From Octopus sinensis (Eukaryota): a stretch of DNA of 64,000 bases. A model generated the notes under the pieces. That model made no database searches. It was not told where the DNA came from and saw only the letters and a list, made by a program, of their open reading frames with translations. Made by a program: the position numbers and the translations under genes. Positions within the stretch are counted from its first letter, which is position 1, and the number at the start of each line of letters is the position of its first letter. The DNA is taken from the NCBI RefSeq assembly GCF_006345805.1, contig NC_042997.1, positions 38,192,001 to 38,256,000 on the forward strand, given 5' to 3'. This document shows, piece after piece, positions 53,501 to 64,000 of the stretch.

Positions 53501-55132
53501 ATGTAAAGTAATATATGCTTTATGATTTGCAACCTTACAAATGTAACTACTGAAATCTCGGTTACAGTTTCTCAATTTTTGCAAAATTTACTTCTTAGAA
53601 AAGATCGACTGGAATATGATTATTTTGCTTTATCCTCCTAAAGGGATGATGTCCTTATAAGAGCAAACATTCATGATCTCATCGACTACAGAATGCTGTA
53701 AGAGACACATAAATAGTTTCCTTTCTACACATAAATGCAATGACTTCATATACAGCTATACTGTTGCATAGTCATACGTATCTTTTTATGCATAAACACA
53801 CACACACACACACACAAATACATACACAAATACGCATAAAAAGAGTGACAAAATACCTGAAATACTGTACAATAACAGGTTAAAATATAACCATAGTTCA
53901 AACTCTTTTTTTTTAAATTCATTACAGGATCTGTGATATATAACGAATGTTATGTTAAAGGAAACTATTAATGGAAAGAGAAAAGCTATTTGCTATGGAG
54001 ACATGAATATTTATCCAGGTAAACTATCCAGTTGTATCGCTGTCAATAGCAAATATTCCAATGATGATAAAATTTTAACCTATTAAACTGGAAATATAAA
54101 CCCAAACTTTCATTCTAATAATCACTGCGATTCTACGTTGCGTCATACACGGTCAGCAGGAATTGATGCCTAAGCACGAATGACCACTAAGAATGCAAGT
54201 ACAAGGGTCATGAATATGTTTTTGAAATATTGCATGTCTTTTACAGTCAAACTATCAATGTGAGCAAAACCAAATGGATACAAATTATCTAAGCAAGCTC
54301 TCGAGCTCTATAGAACGGTGTCGCCATCTTCATAATGGTAAAATAGGTATGAGAGGTGAATACAAAACACGAATATATAGAAGAGAACGTTGAAATTTTT
54401 CGATACGATATCAATAATGTAAATGAAGTTAATAGCGTCTACGTGAAAATCGAAAAGTGCCCATGTATTCGGCTTGACAGAATGTTTCCTATTGATCTAT
54501 ATTGCTAGACAACAGATCATATTAATACACGCACACAAACCATTTCGTTCTCTCTTTCTCGCAACTGTCTCCTTCTGTCTTTCCGAAGGAAACATAAAAT
54601 CCTATTTGAGAGGATATATGAGAACGTTTGAATTATTTTTACAGGAAACATTAAGAGTACAAATAAATTGTCATTAAAATACCAAAACTCATGTCAACCT
54701 ACTCAAAAAGAAGAATTTATAAGTTTCTTTGATACCTATCTCAACAAATGTTGGTATCGATTTTCTGTTTTGGAAGACAAATCTAAGGTATTATTCGTAA
54801 TTCGTACTAAATTATGTTTTCGGACTATTAACCCCTGCGTTAGTGAAATATATATTTTCTTAATATTTGCACCAACACTATATTTCAGTTGGTTTTATCT
54901 TAAAATTTTTCACTGCTTATTTTTGACTGTTCTGGATTCGAACTGGGAGAGTTATTTTTAAATTACGGATAAACACACTATTACTTGCTTTGAGACTGTC
55001 TTATATAGACGTATTCATGTCCTATTCTTGGGTCATTTACATTTATCTTCCATTAAATACAGCCATATTGAGAGAATATCCTCACTGAAATAACTGATTG
55101 CGCTATTAACAAGCGTGGTATGTACTGCTTTA

Positions 55133-55547
55133 AGGCGGTGAGCTGGCGGAAACGTTAGTGCGCCAGGTGAGATGCTTAGCGGTATTTCGTGTGCCGTTAC
55201 GTTCTGAGTTCAAATTCCGCCGAGGTTGACTTTGTCTTTCATCCTTTCGAGGCCGATAAATTAAGTACCAGTTACGCACTGGGGTCGATGTAATCGACTT
55301 AATCCGTTTGTCTGTCCTTGTTTGTCCCTTCTATGTTTAGCCCCTTGTGGGTAGTAAAGAATAGGCATTTCGTCTGCCGCTACGTTCTGAGTTCAAATTC
55401 CGCCGAGGTCGACTTTGCCTTTCATTCTTTCGGGGTCGATAAATTAAGTACCAGTTACGCACTGGGTTTGATATAATTGACTTAATCCGTTTGTCTCTCC
55501 TTGTTCGTCCCCTCTGTGTTTAGCCCCTAGTGGGCAGTAAAGAAATA
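55133..55547 (+). mobile_element. SINE family B concatemer (head plus two bodies) inside one TSD
   Basis: Units 55181-55363 and 55364-55547; 15-bp TSD ggtatgtactgcttt at 55117-55131 and 55548-55562. Confidence 0.95.
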
Positions 55548-56037
55548 GGTATGTACTGCTTTGAAGTTTTCAAAGTTCCTGCTCTTTTACTCAGTCAATT
55601 AGGGAAAATTCCTTCCATAGCGATAAATGATCCGTCTTATCACACTATATATGTTCATAAAATTCTCGATATTTTCCTCTCACTATGGCTCTTTAGTTTT
55701 CGGTTTTCTGAAGTTTGGAGACTTCCAGTTTCAACTTTACGAAATCTTCCGTAAATGCACGGGATACTACAGATAAAGACATACGCTCCACTCTTTCTTC
55801 ATGCATTTAACTTTGGAAGCCTTATCGGAAATTCATGATGTAATTTTAAAGTACAGTTCTACAGTTGTGTGTTTCATATTTTATAAATATTGTCAGTAAA
55901 AATCCGTCTACAAGGTAGTTTGGCTTAACTTTTAATTTGCGTTTGAGAATTGTATTTTATATGATGGGATGTGTATTTGTTATTCATCTATGTAGCCTCA
56001 TGTAACTTATTTCTACTCTCTCTAATCTGATACATCT

Positions 56038-56420
56038 GGAGGCGCAATGGCCCAGTGGTTAGGGCAGCGGACTCGCGGTCATGGGATTGCGGTTTCGATT
56101 CCCAGACCGGGCGTTGTGAGTGTTTATTGAGCGAAAACACCTAAAAGCTCCACGTGCTCCGGCAGGGGATGGTGGTGATCCCTGCTGTACTCTTTCACCA
56201 TAAATTTCTCTCACTCTTACTTCCTGTTTCTGTCGTACCTGTATTTCAAGGGGCCGGCCTTGTCACTCTCTGTGTCACGCTGAATATCTCCGAGAACTAC
56301 GTTAAGAGTGCACGTGTCTGTGGAGTGCTCAGCCACTTACACGTTAATTTCACGAGCAGGCTGTTCCGTTGATTCGGATCAACCGGAACCCTCGCCGTCG
56401 TAACCGACGGAGTGCTTCCA
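56038..56420 (+). mobile_element. SINE family A, full length
   Basis: End-to-end match to the other family A copies. Confidence 0.95.
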
Positions 56421-56619
56421 CAATTGTTTTGTCTGATGTTTCTGAGAGAGAATCATTTAATGAAAAGTGTATTGACGGTAAAATTCCTAGATTAAATGAA
56501 ACGAATGATTGTTGACTTTAACACGGTGATTTTGTTGAAAAGTGCTTGCCTCATCTGCATCAGTATAACAAGGAAACTCAGTTGACACTTTTTTCTCCTC
56601 CCTAGAAAATACTAGATTA

Positions 56620-56927
56620 AAATACATAGTAAATCCATTTTATCAGGCCCTGCCCTATTTAACATTGTCCCGAGGGAGATCAAAGAGGAAAAGGATCCCA
56701 TCAACTTTAAACGGAGTCTGGATAGATTCCTTCAAAGAATACCAGATAAGCCACCCATAATTGGATACAACTCACCCAACAAGAACTCACTACTTGAACA
56801 AAACTTGACTTAAACAAAACTTGACTTAAACAGGATTCGAATAATCCTATCAGGCGGTGCTATTAAGTTAGACATGGCCTGGACCAATCTTTGGTCGAAA
56901 CATATCTAAGTTTATCTAAGTTTATCT
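56620..56927 (+). mobile_element. CR1 LINE 3' fragment, a different subfamily from 17225-21860
   Basis: GPALFNIVPREIK...FKRSLDRFLQRIPDKP; the same ggtgctattaagttagacatggcctgg 3' motif; (tctaagttta)n tail. Confidence 0.88.
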
Positions 56928-57220
56928 GAGAGAACGTACGAGTTACCATAGAACGAATGATAATAGTAAATTCATGATCATACCTTCCACTTGTTTCTGA
57001 ATGCCACTGGGTGTTAGGGAGATGTTGAATTTAAGAACGACTAAATTTCATATCGAAACTAAAATATTATCAACTAAACTGTACCGAAAACAATAGGTCA
57101 GTTGCAGATTCCCAGTTTGAAACGAGCCCGGTGCTCTAAGCATATCGCAAAAAATATAGCGACAATGATAGGAGAAAATAGATTGAAAAAGAGATTGAAA
57201 AATAGTGTACTTGTAAATAT

Positions 57221-57607
57221 TGATTTCAAGTTTTGGTTCAAGGCCAGGAATTTGGGTGGAGGGAGGCAAGTCGACCACATCGACCTCAGTACTGAGCTGG
57301 TACTTATTTAATCGACGCTGAAGGAATGAAAGTTGAAGTCAACTGCAGCAGTATTTATACTCAGAACTTAAAAACGGACGAAACAACGCTTATCCATTTT
57401 AAATTTTGGCACAAGGCCAGCAAGCTCAATGAAGGTAGCCAATCGATTACACCGACCTCAGTGCTCAAATGGTACTTATTTAATCGACGAAGACTAGATG
57501 AAAAAGCAATGTTGACTCCGTGGAATTTCATCTAAGAACATAAAGACGGACGAAATGCCGCTAAGCATTTTGTCCGGCGTACTAACGATTCTGCCAGCCT
57601 GCTGCTT
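57221..57607 (-). mobile_element. Diverged SINE family B concatemer (head plus two bodies)
   Basis: Two copies of tail and central domain about 172 bp apart, with one head at 57560-57607. Confidence 0.8.
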
Positions 57608-58890
57608 TTGTACTTGTAAGCATTAAAATGTTTTGTCCCTATCGATGATAATAATAACAGTCAGAACAATTTTAATCTTGTAATTAATAAGCCATCTCAA
57701 CCGTTTAGATATTAAATTGATGTTATGGCTCCTATTATTAACGTCCCCGTAGATAAATATCAAATATGACCTTCTTTTTGAATTAAAATCAGAGGAATAA
57801 AATAACGCACTAGACTAGGTGATTAAAACTAATTTAGCAAAGCTACTATTTACATGACAAACAATAATAGTTGAGCGGAGATTTTCTGACTTTGTGTAAC
57901 GCCTTGAGCTATTTTGGAAAGGAAATTGTAATAAGCTTGGGATTATGTCGTTTAAATATTTATCTTAATAAATGAATTACATATAAAAATATAATCTTAA
58001 ACAATAAAGCAAATTACATCGTTTATGTTACTCTTGTTGCTGATATGTTTTATTTTAGTTTCCAGTGTGCAGACTAACGGCTGTTGGAAAAAAAATAACC
58101 GATAACCATCTCCTATAATAATTTTCTATTTCTTTTTTTTTATTATTGAATGTTGAGGGAGATGCTGCTGCTGCTGTTGGCATCGTTGAATTTTAAACTT
58201 CCATTTATTTTCTTTCTATTCGCAATGGCATCCATTTAATTTAAATTTTATCCCAATGGCTGTAATGCAATGATTGCATCCGTGTTTTATTTAAAAATCG
58301 AGATATTTTTATGATAGTTTTTCTCTTTTATTCCTCTGTCATGTTTTTCATTTATACGGTGTTGTTCTAATGTTTTGATTTGTAAATATAAATATATGTT
58401 TCTGAGGAAGTATATGTGTGTGTGTGTTTATGAGTATGTATATGTCTATCTGAGAGTAAATGTGTGTCTCTGCTGAGTTAAAAATCATTTATCATTCTTA
58501 TAACACAATGTTCAAAATAAAACTGATTTGAATACTTTTTTTTCCTTAGAACAAAATATAGTTCGCACAATTTGAAAATATCTTTGCAACACTGAAACGG
58601 TACAATCGACAGGACAAATTGCGATAGTAGAAATATATGTTCTTTTTTCCGCTTCATAGACTTTTCACAAGTCTAAAATCATATTTAGCCACACGTAAAT
58701 AAATTTAAATGTCACAGATGTAGAATATTTTATCACATGCAACAAGAAAAAATAATAGATACTTTCAAGTTGGTCACGAACGAAATGACAATAGTTCTTT
58801 GTGTAGGTGGAAATATTTCCAGAGATTTGTGAATAGCTGTAAGTTCGAATACGTGGATGTATATAGGAATATAACTGCACCGATATGTGT

Positions 58891-58943
<53 letters not shown>

Positions 58944-59132
58944 ATATAAGGATAAGATCGTTGATTTAAATATCGATCTTATCAAGTGGCCAGGCATGGG
59001 AATAAAAATCTTCAAAGGCCAAACCTGACTCTAAAACCACATTTAATGTGGTTTTAGAGTCAGGTATTGGCTGCTATTTCCAGCGTGGTGGCATCTGTTA
59101 GATACCCCAAATTATAATTTTATATATATATA

Positions 59133-59171
<39 letters not shown>

Positions 59172-60109
59172 TGTGTGTGTGTGTGTGTGTGAGTGTAGCT
59201 TTGTTTCTATGTCATACACAAATATGTGATTTATGTACATGTTTATGTCAAGAATCTCAGATGATTTGCAGTTAGAATGCTTCTAATGTTTCATTTTATG
59301 AATAACGGACTGGATTTAGTTTGTGCTGAAGAGTCTGCTTTGGTCTTTCCATTATAAAATGTTCCCAAATCGCCGACTTCTCCACAGACGTAGTGCTTAC
59401 TAATTACCTTCATATGGGAGTACTGTATAATCAACGAGCGTTTTCTTAAGTGAAGTGATTCTTGTCCATTAATAGAAATGCTTACATAGTGGGCCAATTT
59501 TATCTTGCAGCTCACGAAAGTTGATTCAAGACGTTCGTATAGAGTAAGTTTAAATAAAAAATATCTGTGGCTAACTGTGAGTCGGTTGTAGTCAAAATAA
59601 ACCGATAGTTTACAATAAGCATAAAATGTAATAAAATGCAGCAAACTACGAGGAAGATACTACTTTTTGTGCCCAACAAGTAGAATTGAGACACAATTTC
59701 AGTTCTCGTTTAAGCGCAGCTAATCTCTTTTATCTAGTAAGCTGTTGTTTAGGAACAAGTTACTCATCATTCTACAGAACGGCGGTCAAATGCATTCAAG
59801 TCGAATTTAATTGTCCTTTTCCTGTGCATAGTGATTCCAGAAGATAATTACAAGGATTTGTAAAGAGATAATTGTAAGTTAATATTTGAAGATACTTGAC
59901 GTTTACATACGACTAGAGTTACATATGATACTCTATACTCAAGGTGCAAAATGTCTAGGTTCTGCATTAATTTCTCGTATTCACATAGTGACTGTCGTAA
60001 AGTCCATAGAACAATATCCGTTCTGTTGTGTTTGCATTGAGTTGCTGTGTTTATTTCTAAAGGTGAGACAACACCTTCTTCTTATGTGAACGGTATGATT
60101 ACCGTCCAA

Positions 60110-61407
60110 ATACGCCGTACTTAAACTATTGTAAACTATTGACAGAAATGAAGTACTCCCAGAAATGCACGGACTGAAGAAACCACCTGAACCAAGAGTA
60201 CCATTTGATTTGAGCGACATCAAACGGAAAGAAATGGATGAGTTCATAAGGAAAGCAAGAACAAAAAGTGCACCAAGGAACGATGGAGTGAGCTACAAGA
60301 TATACAAATATTGCCCAAAATTACGATTGCAGCTGTTTGCACTGATAAGAGAAATGTGGAAGAAGAAAGATGTAGCGGAGCGATGGTGAATAGCCGAAGG
60401 TATCTATCTACCTAAAGAAAAAGAGGCAAAAGTACTAGGCCAATTTAGACCGATTTCACTACTAAATACAGACGGGAAAATCATGTTCGGAATAATTGCT
60501 AGACGAATCATAAGATTCGTACAGCATAACGGATACGTTAATGAAGCGATTCAAAAAGCAGGAATCCCCGGAATCCCTGGGTGCATAGAACACGCATTTT
60601 CCATCGGGGAAGCCATCACCTGTGCAAAACAAATGAAGAAAAACCTATATATTGTTTGGCTAGATCTTGCCAATGCTTATGGATCTGTTCCGCACGCAAT
60701 AATAAAAACAGCGATGGACTTCTTTTGGATTCCAAAAGATGTTCAACGAATGCTCATGTCGTACTACGACAACCTGAGGATGAGATTTACAGCAGGAAAG
60801 TTCACCTCGGAGTGGCAACGGCTTGAAATAGGTATTGCAGCCGGATGCACGATATCAGTCATCTTATTCGTGCTAGTCATGGAAATGCTACTCAGATCTA
60901 CAAACTGTGAGAAAGCTGTTACAAAGACACCATTAAGGGCTTTTATGGACGACGTAACTATATTATCGGAAAGTAGAGAAGCAGTTAGAGCGGTTGGGGG
61001 AACTGATAGGATGGGCAAGGATGAAATTCAAAGCCCAAAAGTTTCGAAGCGTGGCTTTCGTGAAAGGAAGGCAAGAAGTGAAATTCAGGATAGGAAGTGA
61101 AGACATACCAACGGTGAAAGTACAACTAGTAAAGAGTCTCGGCAGATGGTATAGAGATTTATTAAATGATAAGAAGCAAGGGATAGAAACACACGAGTTA
61201 GTAGAACAAGGATTAAAGGTAATTGACCGAACAACGCTGCCGGAGAAATTCAAATGTTGGATACTGCAATTTGGGCTCTACCCAAGAATAATGTGACCAT
61301 TGCAAATGTACGAAATAGCCTCGAGTATAGTAGAAAGGATGGAGCAAAGATGCAGTGTGTTTATCAGAACTGTTGTGATAGCAGACCACGAAACATGGTT
61401 GTAATTC
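60110..61407 (+). mobile_element. HERO-like retrotransposon RT region joined directly to the element's terminal 38 bp
   Basis: ARTKSAPRNDGVSY, FRPISLLNTDGK, QKAGIPGIPGCIEH, WLDLANAYGSVPH, GIAAGCTISVILF, AFMDDVT; frameshifted. 61370-61407 matches 13772-13809. Confidence 0.9.
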
Positions 61408-61574
61408 CTCCTATTGTAAACAGCTTCACAACAATGTCATACCACTTGAGAAGATCATAAACTGCGGAAAATTTGGGCAACTGATAATATATATATACAT
61501 ATATTTATATTTATTTAAGTGTAAACAGAGTTAGCGGTTATAATAACCGACTAAGGGACAATATATCCGTATAT

Positions 61575-61688
61575 ACTATCGGTATCCGTTACCCGTATTA
61601 TCCGCGGGCATTGGTGTGCAGGCGATCCCACACCACCTATATCATTGACTTCTCCCTCAGAACTTTTTTCTGTCTTTTATTATATAGA
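61575..61688 (-). mobile_element. Possible ~115-bp non-autonomous Helitron
   Basis: Minus strand starts tctatataataaaa; subterminal cccg...cggg hairpin; degenerate end ATAG instead of CTAG. Confidence 0.35.
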
Positions 61689-62039
61689 CAAATCCGTTGT
61701 AACGGTTTTAACTTGCGACCTCGGTTCAAATTGTAACTGACCAATTGTAGAGACGGTTGAACTTAGACTTGCCCCATTGTGGACCAAAGGTGGGATTCTC
61801 TGTAATTTCTGTGCGTAAATTTTCTTAAGCAATTGCAGCGTGGAAGGTGTTTGTAAGCCATTTAAGAAACACACAAAAGCCGTTCAATTCACTTCAACAT
61901 TCAAGTTTAATTTGTCAAAATATTTTCGTCGCTTTAAGACCCCGACCTGTTCACTTACAAAAATCCGTGCTGCATCTCGGATGCACGGATTTCTGTCAGT
62001 AAACAGGTTGCTGAGATCATTTCCTTCTGGTCTTTGAAA

Positions 62040-62240
62040 ATGTGATCGCGTGTGTACCGTTGGCGATTTTTTTTCCTCTGTCTTCCCTTCTCCTATGTTT
62101 CCGACGAAGAGCTCCGCTCGAAACGTTAAACCCTCCTTCTTTCCTTCTTTCCTTCTTTCCTGAGCGTCCAATAATACTATATTTGTTCCACGTCCTCACG
62201 TTGTTGTGTTTTTTGTACTTTCTTGTTTGGATTAACTTTA
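62040..62240 (+). mobile_element. Penelope-like LTR remnant with a mutated hammerhead (62097-62131)
   Basis: gttt-CCGACGA-a-gagc(tcc)gctc-GAAA-cgtt-aaac, followed by a pyrimidine-rich tail. Confidence 0.6.
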
Positions 62241-62266
62241 AATATATATATATATATATATATATA

Positions 62267-62397
62267 CAGCTTCTGTCTACCAAAGCCACTCACAAGGCTT
62301 TGGCCGGGCCGAGGCTACAGTAGAAGTCACTTGTCCAAGATGACACGAAGAACCATGTGGTTGGTAAGCAACCTTCTTACCACACAGCCACTCTTGC
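62267..62397 (-). mobile_element. SINE family C, 5' part
   Basis: Reverse complement of the family C head and CORE-like block. Confidence 0.85.
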
Positions 62398-63255
62398 ATA
62401 TATATATATATGTATATGTATGTATATATATATATATATATATATATTTGTGTGTGTGTGTAAGTACGCGTATGTGTTTTTCCAATTTCGAGGATATTTT
62501 ACATACCCTAATTTTCTCAGCTCATGGGAATAAACACACATACACACATATGTATAACAATAGATCTAGTTCTGTTTAGATCGATTTGGCTAAACACGAC
62601 ATTTTCAGTAGTAATGGAAATAAGTATAGTTGCACTAAACTACTTAAAACACTGTGCAACTTCGATCAATTATGGCCAAATTTAAATTAGAAATGAAAAG
62701 TCGTTGCTACTTCTCGAAATTACTCGTTTTATCAATAGTGTTCAAGTCAGATTAAGTAAGCATCATCACTTTCTACACAGGCATATAAATTTGATTTTAG
62801 TATTTTAGTGAATTCGTATGTTGAAATAGATTTGATTTTAGCTCGATGGTGTGATATAAAGCCAAAATATAAACACACGCACTAGGTCAATTTTACTTCT
62901 TTATTACTTGTCAATTGTTCAGCAATCTAACGAACATATCTGTTCTTTGGATAATCGTTCGGTTAATTAATCAGTCAATAATGTTTGGCAAAATCATTTC
63001 GTCATCATGGACCTTAGTTGTTTGATTCAATCCCAGGTTATTGCTGGTACTTTTTTTACCGACCAGTGAGAAGTGAATGGATATAGATATAATTATATCT
63101 GTGACTAAACTCAGTACTACTTTCAGTCACATATCACAGAAGCAAGTGAGCGGATCTGTTAATAGTTGATCAGCGACAGCTCAAGTTTGCCGCATATTTT
63201 ATTATACCATGTTACAAAATTGGTGACTTCTCCATAGACACGGCAATTAATTACC

Positions 63256-63483
63256 TATTTCTTTACTACCCACAAGGGGCTAAACACAGAGGGGGCAAAC
63301 AAGGATAGATACACGGATTAAGTCGATTACATCGATCCCAGTGCGTAACTGGTACTTAATTTATCGACCCCGAAAGGATGAAAGGCAAAGTCGACCTCGG
63401 CGGAATTTGAACTCAAAACGTAGCGGCAGACGAAATACCGCTAAGCAATTCGCTCGACGTGCTAACGTTTCTGCCAGCTCACA
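63256..63483 (-). mobile_element. SINE family B, near full length
   Basis: Full body; short TSD taattacc on both sides. Confidence 0.93.
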
Positions 63484-64000
63484 TAATTACCATTATGTCA
63501 GTTCACCTAACTATCAACAGGTTATATGTAGTGATTGCCTTGATATATATATATCAACAGAAGAACAATGAATGTCAAAACGTGGACTCAAAATATTTAT
63601 ATAAATCAAGTTTAAATAAAGATAAAAAATATTTATTCTGGCTGACTAGAAGCTGCAATATTGAAAAAGAAACAAACAGCATAAAATAAATGTAAAAACA
63701 ATAAAAATAAAATGCAATATTCTACGTGAATATTGATGTTTTTGTACTGAACAAAGTGTTTAGAAATGCAAGTCCATTTTCTTTTTAAACTTATCTAACT
63801 TTAATTACCTAGTAAGTCGTCTTTTGGGCCAGGTCAGCATTAATATGGCGATAATATGATGAAACACACTAGTCAAAATCCCCTATCTTTTTCCTATATA
63901 TAATACGCCCAGAAGTTTATTATTCAATGTTTAGTTCTTTTTTAAACAGTAATGTTGTATTTGAGGAAGGTTTCACTGCACCTTTTAGCAATTAAAACAC

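Noticed and set aside
59511-60061. Further microexon candidates (59511-59543, 59841-59873, 60041-60061; also 10510-10557 and an ATG microexon near 27950)
   Set aside because: Splice-like signals are abundant in AT-rich DNA and the peptides form no coherent protein.

Overview
AT-rich eukaryotic intergenic or intronic DNA, dense in microsatellites and transposons. The SINE families and repeat landscape point to an octopus (inference, not a database match). I could not establish any host protein-coding gene; most short ORFs in the track are microsatellite, SINE or antisense-TE artefacts. Supported content: (1) four tRNA-derived SINE families; (2) a near full-length CR1 LINE (17225-21860, minus) whose ORF1 has a Myb/SANT-like domain, polyQ and two CCCH fingers; (3) HERO, R4/Dong, RTE and CR1/L2 fragments; (4) mariner fossils; (5) an internally deleted Helitron with a PIF1 helicase remnant; (6) Penelope-type hammerhead ribozyme motifs at three loci. 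The most interesting signals are footprints of unusual retrotransposition events. These are a SINE flanked by a ~948-bp direct duplication, a perfect 154-bp snap-back palindrome at a LINE 5' junction, an inverted pair of hammerheads, and SINE concatemers with a recurrent junction. All counts and alignments were done by eye.
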